DNA of 64,000 nucleotides from Limisphaerales bacterium (GTDB lineage Bacteria; Verrucomicrobiota; Verrucomicrobiia; Limisphaerales; CAIMTB01), in contig JBFWOK010000004.1 of assembly GCA_050250555.1 (NCBI GenBank), positions 17,526-81,525 of the forward strand. The letters are read 5' to 3'. The notes under the pieces are model-generated. The model saw nothing but the letters and a program-made list of their open reading frames with translations. It was not told the origin of the DNA and searched no databases. The translations under genes and the position numbers were made by a program. This document shows positions 35,758 through 44,212 of this stretch, piece by piece (the stretch's first letter is position 1; each line of letters starts with the position of its first letter).

Positions 35758-38111
35758 TTGGAAATCTCCTCGCACCGCTCGATGACCCGCAACCCAAGCC
35801 GCTGCTCACAAAGCTCCAGCAGGGCCGGAAGCGTGTGACCCCGATCGCCGTACCGCGTGCTCAGGAACAGGTGCCGCGCCAGCGACAACGTCCAGTATCC
35901 GCTCAGGCGCCTTGCCGCCCCTGCCCCGACGCATTTCAGCGCCGCCACCCGATACGCCTCGACACACCCACCCGGCCCCGACAGCCGACAGCCATGTTGC
36001 AATTCCCACTCCTCCAGATGCGCCAGAAAATTGCCGTGGTCCAAACACGGATCGCCCATCGCGCAAAGGTCCAGGTCCAGCAGCCAGATCCGGCGCCCGT
36101 CCACCAGCACCTGGTCCGGATGATAATCCCGGTGCACCAGAACCCGATCCGCCCGGTCCATCGCCCCCGCCAACACCTCGCAACCGGACAGAATCCGAGC
36201 CACCCGCTCCGCATCGTCCGGGCGCTCCCGGATCAACCGGCCCAGACGATCCCTCAGAATCGCCATCTCCTGCTCAACGCCATGCTCCCTCGCCACCGTG
36301 ACCCGACTCCCGTGAAGCCGCGCCACCGCGAAAGCGCATCGAGCCGCCAGTTCCGCTCCGTTCCACCCGGTCATCAATCCCGCGCAGGGTTCTCCTCCCA
36401 CTCCGCGCTGCAGTTCCAGCAACAGTTCGGAGATCTCGCCGACGGGTTCCGGCACCGCCACATCGCCGTCCTCCCGCAATCCCGCCGCCCTCAACCCTCG
36501 CGCCGCCCGCATCCCGAGATCCCAGCCCCGACCTCGCCGCGCGCGAAGTTTGCCGATCCAGACGAATCCCGGCCCACCCTCCGTCCGCGCGAACCGATAC
36601 CGAATCAGGCATCGCCGGCCCGCCTTGTGTCGCACCACGGAAATTCCCGTCAGCGATACGCCATCCAACGCGGCCTTGAGTCGAGGCTCCTCACGCAGCC
36701 GTCGCGACATCCAATCCCCATCCAAAGCTCGGGACAGTCCCGGCAAAGCGGGATCATCCTCCCGCGCCGTCCCGTCGGCGGGATCGACGCCCGACGCACC
36801 CCCGCCCTCCCATCCCGCCACGACGCGCGCCGCGGCCGCTCCCGCCAGTTCCTCCACCCGGTCCAGAATCCGCACCACCTGCCGCGCCCAGTCGGACTGT
36901 CTCGACCGAAAACAATGCGCCGCCTGCGTCAGAAGCACGGCCGCCACACAGCCCGACAACCCCGGCATCTGCCGCCGCCCCGAAACCTCGCCGTATCCCG
37001 CCAAAAACGCCTCCGTCAAACGCTCCCGGCGCGCGGCCGGATAACGACCGCGAATCACATCGATCTCCAGATGCGCCAGGAATGTCGCCAGATCGAACCA
37101 GGCCGATCCTCGACGGGCGCCATCCATGTCCAAAAACACCACCGCGCCTTCCCGGAGAAGGATTTGTTTGCTGTAGAAATCACCGTGCACCGCGGCCGCC
37201 ATCTCCGGCGCGCCGGAAACCCCCTCCGCGAGCCGTGCGCCCAATCGCGCGGCTCGCTCGCCCACCGACGGCAGCAACCACCCCAGCATCCGTCCGTGTC
37301 CATCCACTTCGCGCACCCAATCCGTCCGATGCCAGATATCCAGCCGAACCGGATTCGAATGGAACTCGGCGAGCGCCGCACCCACCGACGCGCACGCCGT
37401 CAACCCTTCCCCGCCGTCCGCGAGAACGCCATCCAACCCTTCACCCGGCTGCCACCCCAGCACCACCGCCGCGTGGCGTTCGGATTTCCCGAGCAGCACC
37501 GGCACGGCGTACCTGAAACCCGACCGCAGTTTCCGGGCCGGATGATACGCGGGCCGAAATCCCGCGCGCGCATGCACCTTGAGAACCCCCAGCGGCACCC
37601 CGCCCTCGCACAACAACGCCGCCACCAACCGACGTTCCGGCTTGTGGTTCAACACCCGCAGACCCACCGCCCCGGCAAGCCGGTCCATCCCTCGCCGCTC
37701 CGAGAAGAAGCGAGACCGGAACTCAACATCCACCCAGCGCCGCAGCGACGGCAGTTTCTCATCCCATGGAAACGCTCCCGCAACGACGCCCTCGGACTCA
37801 TCCGCCCATCCCATCAACGCTTCCCCCTCCGCACCCATCCCTCCTCTCCGCTCCACGCGCGTCGAGGCGACTCCTCGGGTCCACGCCTTCCCATGGACGC
37901 GCGCGCGCCCCCCCTCGATCCCCACCTCGTAGGCCGCGAGGCAGTTCGTCCCGGGTTTGTACCGGAGATAACTCAGACGGGCCCAGGCCACGGCCCGCCC
38001 GGGATTCGCGCGGCGCAGCCGGTCGAGAAATTGCGCGTCATCCAGGAGCGTGCCCAGCCCGGGCAGCGACCCGTCGCGCCGAATCAGATCGCGATCAGCA
38101 TCCTCCAACAT
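35754..38111 (-). CDS. fused tandem phosphotransferase (APH/WaaP-like protein-kinase fold) protein
   Basis: Two kinase-like catalytic cores: [12 protein letters not shown]...[23 protein letters not shown] and [14 protein letters not shown]...[23 protein letters not shown]. Confidence 0.75.
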   Translation of the reverse strand: MLEDADRDLIRRDGSLPGLGTLLDDAQFLDRLRRANPGRAVAWARLSYLRYKPGTNCLAAYEVGIEGGRARVHGKAWTRGVASTRVERRGGMGAEGEALMGWADESEGVVAGAFPWDEKLPSLRRWVDVEFRSRFFSERRGMDRLAGAVGLRVLNHKPERRLVAALLCEGGVPLGVLKVHARAGFRPAYHPARKLRSGFRYAVPVLLGKSERHAAVVLGWQPGEGLDGVLADGGEGLTACASVGAALAEFHSNPVRLDIWHRTDWVREVDGHGRMLGWLLPSVGERAARLGARLAEGVSGAPEMAAAVHGDFYSKQILLREGAVVFLDMDGARRGSAWFDLATFLAHLEIDVIRGRYPAARRERLTEAFLAGYGEVSGRRQMPGLSGCVAAVLLTQAAHCFRSRQSDWARQVVRILDRVEELAGAAAARVVAGWEGGGASGVDPADGTAREDDPALPGLSRALDGDWMSRRLREEPRLKAALDGVSLTGISVVRHKAGRRCLIRYRFARTEGGPGFVWIGKLRARRGRGWDLGMRAARGLRAAGLREDGDVAVPEPVGEISELLLELQRGVGGEPCAGLMTGWNGAELAARCAFAVARLHGSRVTVAREHGVEQEMAILRDRLGRLIRERPDDAERVARILSGCEVLAGAMDRADRVLVHRDYHPDQVLVDGRRIWLLDLDLCAMGDPCLDHGNFLAHLEEWELQHGCRLSGPGGCVEAYRVAALKCVGAGAARRLSGYWTLSLARHLFLSTRYGDRGHTLPALLELCEQRLGLRVIERCEEISK

Positions 38112-39927
38112 GATGGCTCTCCTTCCGTGCCGGTCTTTGGCCGAACCGCTCGCACCCCGTCTCGACACGTCCATCCTCCAACCCCGCCACCCTTCCCGCG
38201 TCGAGGCGCAACACTTCATCCGCCATCGCCGTCTCCCGCGGATCGTGCGTCGCCAGAATGACCACTCCCTCTTTCGCCAATCCGCGGATGCCCTCGAACA
38301 CGTCGATCGCCGACGCCTCGTCCAGCCCCGCCGTCGGCTCGTCCAGCAGCAGGATTGGCGCCCGCCGCAATGCCGCCCGCGCGATCGCCAATCGCTGCCG
38401 TTGCCCCTGCGACAGCGTCACACCGCGCTCCCCCAGGCGTGTCTCGTAACCCTGCGGAAGCGCGCGGATGAATCCGTCGGCCCGCGCCATCCGGGCGGCC
38501 GCGACGACCTCCTCCTCGGTCGCTTCGTCCCGTCCCGCACGGATGTTCTCGGCCACGCTCCCGGCGAAGAGGCCGGTGTCCTGTTGCACCACGCCGACCC
38601 GCGCCCGAAGCGAAGCCACCGTGAATTCCCGCACATCCCGCCCATTCATCAGCACCCGCCCGGCTTTCGGATCGTGCAGCCGCGAGATCAGCGACAGCAC
38701 CGTCGACTTCCCGCAACCCGACGGCCCCACAAGCGCCAGGATCCGTCCGGGCCGCGCCGCAAACGAAACCTCCTCGATCCCCCCGCCCTCGTCTCCATCG
38801 AGCGTCCGATGGCGGTAGGTCACCCGATCGAACCGCACCTCCCCAACCAACCGTGGCGCCATCTCCGCGTCCGGAGCGTCCGCGACCCCGGCCTGCTCAT
38901 CCAGAACGGCCAGCACCCGTTCGCCCGCCGCCGCGGACTTGGCGAGGCGGCCCGAGTACTTAGCCGAGTCCTGCAATGGCCGGAACGCGGTTTTCAAATA
39001 GGCCAGAAACACGAGGAGATCCCCCGGACTCATGCGCCCGGCCCAGATCATTCGCGTCCCCTGCCACAACACCAGGGCCGTCGCCGCAGCGATGAACACG
39101 TCCACCGACCTCTCCAACCTCGCCGACAACCGCTTTCCCCGCGCGTCCTCCTTCGCCGCGCGGGCGCTCTTCTCGGCGAACGCCTCGGCGAATCTCCCCT
39201 CCAACGACATGGCCTGCACCACCGACATCGCCCCGAACGATTCCGCCGCCATCGCCGCCATCTCGCCCTCCCGCCGCCGCTGGCGTCGGGACACCTCGTG
39301 AATCCCGCGGCTCAGCGCAACCCCGCGAAGCCAGTACAACGGCATCAGCGCCAGTGCGAACGCCGCGAGCCGAGGGTTCATCCACGCCATCACCCCCACC
39401 ATTCCCGCCAGCATCGCGAGACGCGTCACCAGCGGCACGACCGCCGTCACCAGCACCTCCTGCAATTGCCCCACGTCCTGAATCACCCGCATCACGAGAT
39501 CGCCCCCGCGCGACCGTTGATGAAACGACAGCGACAGACACTGGAGATGCCGGAAAAGATCGCCCCGCACCCGCGCCAGAACCCGGCTCCCGGCGCGCGC
39601 GAAACCCACCGTCCCGACATACGCCGCACCCGCGCGCAATCCCGTCAGCGCCACCAGCATTCCGCACGTCCCCAGCAACACCCCGTCCCGCCCAAGCGCG
39701 CCCACCCACGAATCGAGCCACTTCCCCCTCGCGCCCTCGACTCCCAGCAACCCATCGAACACAACCTTCAGCGCCCAGGGCTCCACCAATCGCAACCCCA
39801 CCTCCGTCACCATCGCGGCGACCGCCAGGATCAACAAACCTCGCTGAGCCCGAACCTGCGGTCCAAACCGCCGCACCACGGCCAGCAGCACCCCGAGGGT
39901 CTCGCCCGGTCGTTTACCGCCCTTCAT
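38095..39927 (-). CDS. ABC exporter, fused permease/ATPase (MsbA-like)
   Basis: Six-TM exporter domain, Walker A GPSGCGKSTVLS, signature LSQGQRQRLAIARA, Walker B ILLLDEPTAGLD. The ATG at 39927 overlaps the upstream stop. Confidence 0.9.
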   Translation of the reverse strand: MKGGKRPGETLGVLLAVVRRFGPQVRAQRGLLILAVAAMVTEVGLRLVEPWALKVVFDGLLGVEGARGKWLDSWVGALGRDGVLLGTCGMLVALTGLRAGAAYVGTVGFARAGSRVLARVRGDLFRHLQCLSLSFHQRSRGGDLVMRVIQDVGQLQEVLVTAVVPLVTRLAMLAGMVGVMAWMNPRLAAFALALMPLYWLRGVALSRGIHEVSRRQRRREGEMAAMAAESFGAMSVVQAMSLEGRFAEAFAEKSARAAKEDARGKRLSARLERSVDVFIAAATALVLWQGTRMIWAGRMSPGDLLVFLAYLKTAFRPLQDSAKYSGRLAKSAAAGERVLAVLDEQAGVADAPDAEMAPRLVGEVRFDRVTYRHRTLDGDEGGGIEEVSFAARPGRILALVGPSGCGKSTVLSLISRLHDPKAGRVLMNGRDVREFTVASLRARVGVVQQDTGLFAGSVAENIRAGRDEATEEEVVAAARMARADGFIRALPQGYETRLGERGVTLSQGQRQRLAIARAALRRAPILLLDEPTAGLDEASAIDVFEGIRGLAKEGVVILATHDPRETAMADEVLRLDAGRVAGLEDGRVETGCERFGQRPARKESHHVGGC

Positions 39928-41168
39928 GCCTCCACCCCCTCCAGGACCACGCTTGACCCAATCGTCCCGCCCCCCGTCCGCACCCCTGCAGCCTTCATCC
40001 AGTGCACGATCCGTGTCGCCACGGACAGCCACGTGTGCCGCGCCTCCACCGCCGCCCTGGCCGCCCACCCGAGTCGCTCCCGATACGCCGGGTCCGACGC
40101 CAGACACCCAATCGCCGATGCCATCTCCCGCGTGTCCCCGGGACTCACCAGCACCCCGGTGACTCCGTCGGTCAGGATCCTTTCCAATTGCCCAATCCGG
40201 CTCGCCACCACCGGCAATCCCGCCGCCATGTACTCGTACACCTTCAGCGGCGAAAAATAGAAACCGTCGAGGCTCGGGTACGGCGCCACGGCGATGTCCA
40301 TGGCTCCCAACCAATCCGGCACATCCTCCGCATCCACAGCGCCCGTAAACCTCACCCTTCCCGCCAGACCGCTCGCTTCGGCCTGCGTCTCCAGACGTTC
40401 CCGCTCCGGTCCATCGCCCACGATCAACAACCGTGACCGTCCCATGCCCCCGGAACCACCCCGGCCTCCACCCCACGCCCGGTACGCCTCCAACAGCAGG
40501 TCCGTCCCGTGCCACGGCTTCAGCGTCCCCACAAAGCCGATCACCACCTCGCCCCCCCGCCCGGCAATGCGCCTCTGGCGACGCAGCGTCAGCGCCCGTG
40601 CAAACCGACCCGCATTCACTCCGTTCGGCACCACCGCCACTTTCCCCAACGCTTCCTGGTATCCACCCAGATATGCCCCCACCTCGTCCGAGACCGCCAG
40701 CAACCCACTGGCCGCCGCCATGGACCGCCGCACGATCAATCTCGCGCCCGCCTCGTCGTCCAAGCCCCGGTGGACGACCTGTTCCTCGACCAGCGGCGCA
40801 TTCACTTCGAGCAGCGCCGGCACTCCCGTTTCCCGCGCCCACTCCAGAACCGCATGGCTCCACAGGGACTGACGCTCGTACACGGCGTCAAAGGGTCCCG
40901 AACGCGCCACGCATCCACGCCAGACCCCGTTCGAACCGGCCAGTGCGCGCTCCCGCGCCCCGCGCCCCTCCGCCGGAGCCACCGGCAGATCATGAACCAC
41001 CACGCCCGCCAGGTCCGACGGTGCCTGCCCGCCCCGGCGCACCGCGAACAGTTCGACATCCACCCCAAGCGCCCGCATCGCCCGCACCATCTCCTGCACA
41101 TGGATCGAGCAACCCTTCCGCCCGAAGACCGGCACCCCCGGATCCGCGCATATGTAAGCCACTCTCAC
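39924..41168 (-). CDS. glycosyltransferase family 4
   Basis: VAYICADPGVPVFGRKGCSIHVQE... and C-terminal SLDGFYFSPLKVYEYMAAGLPVVAS (the E-x7-E region). The GTG at 41168 overlaps the upstream stop (GTGA). Confidence 0.85.
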   Translation of the reverse strand: MRVAYICADPGVPVFGRKGCSIHVQEMVRAMRALGVDVELFAVRRGGQAPSDLAGVVVHDLPVAPAEGRGARERALAGSNGVWRGCVARSGPFDAVYERQSLWSHAVLEWARETGVPALLEVNAPLVEEQVVHRGLDDEAGARLIVRRSMAAASGLLAVSDEVGAYLGGYQEALGKVAVVPNGVNAGRFARALTLRRQRRIAGRGGEVVIGFVGTLKPWHGTDLLLEAYRAWGGGRGGSGGMGRSRLLIVGDGPERERLETQAEASGLAGRVRFTGAVDAEDVPDWLGAMDIAVAPYPSLDGFYFSPLKVYEYMAAGLPVVASRIGQLERILTDGVTGVLVSPGDTREMASAIGCLASDPAYRERLGWAARAAVEARHTWLSVATRIVHWMKAAGVRTGGGTIGSSVVLEGVEA

Positions 41169-42493
41169 CGCACACCCCCTTCCCCGCACAAATTCCGCCC
41201 ATCCATTCCACCATCGGGAACCACCCCCGTTCCCTCATCGGCTTCAAAGGTCACGGCTTCCCGGAACACCCCCCTCAACACTTCCGCGTTCCGCCGGATG
41301 TCGAACTCCGACTCCACCAACGCCCGGGCCTCCGACGCCAATCGGCTCCGCAACACCCCATCCCTCAGCAACTCCCGCAATGCATGCGCCAAGCCGTCCG
41401 CGTCCCCCTGCCGCACCAGCCACCCGGTCTCCCCCGAGCGAACCACTTCCGGAATCCCGGTCACGTCCGTCGCCACGCAGGGAGTCCCCAATGCCATGGC
41501 TTCCAGCAGCACCGTCGGCATGCCGTCCGCATTCCCATCCCGCCCCACCACGCACGGGGCCGCGAAGACCGCCGCCGACCCCACTCGTCGGATGACTTCG
41601 CCTTGCGGAAGCGCCCCGGAAAGATCCACACGATCTGCCAATCCCAGTTCGGCGACCTGCCGCCGCAGTGCCCCTTCCAACTCGCCGGACCCGATGATCT
41701 CGCAGACCGCGTCCACACCCTGTCTCCGCAGCCGATGCATCGCTTCCACCAAAACCGGGAAACCCTTCTTCTCGATCAACCGCCCCACCGCGATCACTTT
41801 GGGCGCCCTGACCCCCGGATCCCGATACCGAAACCGGTCCAGGTGAATTCCGTTGTACACCCGCCGCACCTTCCCAGCCGCCAATCCATGCTCGCGCCGC
41901 AGGGTCTCCACGTTGAAGTCGCTCACCGTGATCACCGCCGCCGCGTCCTCCATTTTCCGACGCAGGTCCCCCGCATCGACGTCCTCATGGAAGATGTCCT
42001 TCGCGTGAGCCGTGAAGGTGTAGGGAACCCCGGCAAGGCGCGCCGCCAACCTTGCCACGGTCGTCGCCGTCGTTCCGAAATGCGCGTGCAAGTGCCCGAT
42101 CCCACCCGACACCACCCGCTTGGCCATCCACACCGCCTGATACACTTCGCGCACATTCGCACCCCGGGCACTCTCCAGCCGTCCCCAAAACCCGGGCACC
42201 TCCGCCGCCGCGCCCTCCAACGCCGACCACAGCCCCGCCGCCCTCAGTCCCTCCCCGGGCACATACGTCACGCGGGAGCGCACCCTCGAAATCACATCCT
42301 GAAAATGGGCGTCGTTGGGCGGGTACAAGGAGAAGATCTCCAGAGGCCGACCCGCCTCCTCGTGCGCCAGGATCTCATTGACGATGAAGGTCTCCGAGAA
42401 CCGCGGATACCGCTTCACCACATAGCCCACCTTCTTCGGATCTCCCGTCATATTCCCGTTCGTATGAGTTCGTTTCATGTGTCTCTTCATCAC
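41165..42493 (-). CDS. glycosyltransferase family 4 (WcaL-like)
   Basis: KVGYVVKRYPRFSETFIVNEILAHEEAG and GMPTVLLEAMALGTPCVATDVTGIPEVV. Confidence 0.85.
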   Translation of the reverse strand: MMKRHMKRTHTNGNMTGDPKKVGYVVKRYPRFSETFIVNEILAHEEAGRPLEIFSLYPPNDAHFQDVISRVRSRVTYVPGEGLRAAGLWSALEGAAAEVPGFWGRLESARGANVREVYQAVWMAKRVVSGGIGHLHAHFGTTATTVARLAARLAGVPYTFTAHAKDIFHEDVDAGDLRRKMEDAAAVITVSDFNVETLRREHGLAAGKVRRVYNGIHLDRFRYRDPGVRAPKVIAVGRLIEKKGFPVLVEAMHRLRRQGVDAVCEIIGSGELEGALRRQVAELGLADRVDLSGALPQGEVIRRVGSAAVFAAPCVVGRDGNADGMPTVLLEAMALGTPCVATDVTGIPEVVRSGETGWLVRQGDADGLAHALRELLRDGVLRSRLASEARALVESEFDIRRNAEVLRGVFREAVTFEADEGTGVVPDGGMDGRNLCGEGGVR

Positions 42494-43851
42494 GCCGCCC
42501 GCTTCGCCCGCCTCTCAATCCCCACTCCGCGCCGACTCGCCTCCGCGCCCACCCCGCGCCGCTCCTCCCTGCCAGGTGTCACGCTCCGAAGCACCGCCGC
42601 CGCCCTCGAAGCCCCGTCGAGACGGATCTCCATCGCGCACCGTCGCGCCACGTCCGCCCTCTTCCGACCAAGCGCCCTCAGGATCGACTCCCGCAGCGAC
42701 GCCACCGTCAGCGCCGACGGCGGCAGGCACTCCAGCAAGCCCAGGCGTTCAAACGCCTTCGCCCGCATCAATTGCTCCCGTCTCGGATGCACCCGCGGCA
42801 CACACACCACCGGCAACCCGAGTCCCACCGCCTCCGCCAGCGTGTTGTACCCCCCCATGCAGACGAGCGCGTCGACCCCCTCCATGCGCCGGCACATGTC
42901 GGGCAGAAACCGATGCAAGACCGCCCCGGCCCGCCGCGACAATCCTTCCAGTCGCTCGTGCGTCCCTTCCGCCGCCAGCGGACCCGAAACCGCGATCGCC
43001 CGCCACGGCGCCCCGCATGACGCCTCGAGGAACACCGACACCAGGGTCGCCCCATCTTCCCCACCCCCCACGGTCGCCATCACCACCGGAAGCGATCCCC
43101 CAACCAATCCTCCCGACTCCCCAGATCCGGATTCCAGGCGCATTCCACCGACCTCACGCGCCTCCCGAGCCCCACGCGCGACATACCCGCAAAACACGCT
43201 CCTCAACACCACCTCTCCCGTCAGCCCATAGGCCGTCACAGGATCAAACACCCCCCTCTGCCCGTAAATCAGCACCCGGTCGTAGATCGACGCGATCCGA
43301 CTCCCGAGATCGTGCCGCTCCCATTCGGCGCGGACCGTCTCCGGCTCGTCCAGGATGTCCCGCAAGCCCAGCACCGCTGAACCGCCCAGTTCCCGATTCA
43401 GCGACAGCGCCTCCCGCAATTCCCCCCCCGCCCCCAGCGGATGCTTGTCGACGAGGACCACATCCGGCCGAAACGCTCCCACCACACCCGCCAACAGGCG
43501 CGCCCGAATCCGGTGGATGTCATCCGGCGAAACCAGCAGCCGGCGCGAGGCGTACGTTTCGTTCGCCACCTTCCGGAGACTCGGCAGCTTCAACACTTCC
43601 ACCCGATCCGGAATACCCAGACGCACCGCGTCATCACTCCCCGTCGCCAGCAACACCGTCGCGCTCTCGTCCTCCGAGGTGATCGCCCTCGCAATCGCCA
43701 CGTTCCGACAGGTGTGTCCCAATCCAACGCCATCGTGGGAATACAACAGGTACCGGCGCCCAAGGCCGTCCCCAGTCTTCGGCTCGCTCCGCAGACTCAG
43801 ACGGTCGCCATCGGTTCGGCCGATCGTCTCTCGCTGGAGTGTTTCTCGCAT
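42490..43851 (-). CDS. glycosyltransferase (COG4671/GT28-like, MurG-fold)
   Basis: YSHDGVGLGHTCRNVAIARAI and CMGGYNTLAEAVGLGLPVVCVPR. First gene of the operon. Confidence 0.7.
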   Translation of the reverse strand: MRETLQRETIGRTDGDRLSLRSEPKTGDGLGRRYLLYSHDGVGLGHTCRNVAIARAITSEDESATVLLATGSDDAVRLGIPDRVEVLKLPSLRKVANETYASRRLLVSPDDIHRIRARLLAGVVGAFRPDVVLVDKHPLGAGGELREALSLNRELGGSAVLGLRDILDEPETVRAEWERHDLGSRIASIYDRVLIYGQRGVFDPVTAYGLTGEVVLRSVFCGYVARGAREAREVGGMRLESGSGESGGLVGGSLPVVMATVGGGEDGATLVSVFLEASCGAPWRAIAVSGPLAAEGTHERLEGLSRRAGAVLHRFLPDMCRRMEGVDALVCMGGYNTLAEAVGLGLPVVCVPRVHPRREQLMRAKAFERLGLLECLPPSALTVASLRESILRALGRKRADVARRCAMEIRLDGASRAAAVLRSVTPGREERRGVGAEASRRGVGIERRAKRAA

Positions 43852-44153
43852 GATTCGGGTGTTCGGGGTCGGGGCACTCCGTCTTGCAGACTCCAGGCCA
43901 GCCCCCGATCCCGCTCGAACCCGGGTCCGGTCCGCGCCCGATCATCTCTCGCCGGTACGAATTCGGACCATTCTCCCGTCGATCCCGGTCCGGTCCCGGA
44001 CCAACCGGACCAGCCCACCCCTCCCGCAGGCCGTCACCCGCCCGATTCCGGGAGTCCTCCCCCCCGCCCAATTCCCGACCCAACACCCGATGTCCCGCCA
44101 TCGCGCCGGGGCTCAGGTCCCCTGACCGCCCCGCGCGAGCGGGGATCCCCGAG

Positions 44154-44169
44154 TGGCACCCCGCCTGCT
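44154..44169 (+). promoter_or_regulatory. candidate sigma-54 (-24/-12) promoter
   Basis: TGGCAC-cccgc-cTGCt has the canonical GG-N10-GC spacing. It lies 44 nt upstream of the ATG at 44213, in the divergent intergenic region. A sigma-54 activator gene lies 2.3 kb downstream. Confidence 0.4.
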
Positions 44170-44212
44170 AACCCAGTCCCGCGCCGTTCCATTCGTCGCA
44201 ACATAGATCAGC

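Noticed and set aside
35835-43231. Long + strand ORFs 35835..38261 (808 aa), 38050..40260 (736 aa) and 40433..43231 (932 aa)
   Set aside because: They are Pro/Arg/His-rich and lie antisense to minus-strand genes that carry unambiguous Walker, ABC-signature, GT4 and kinase motifs.
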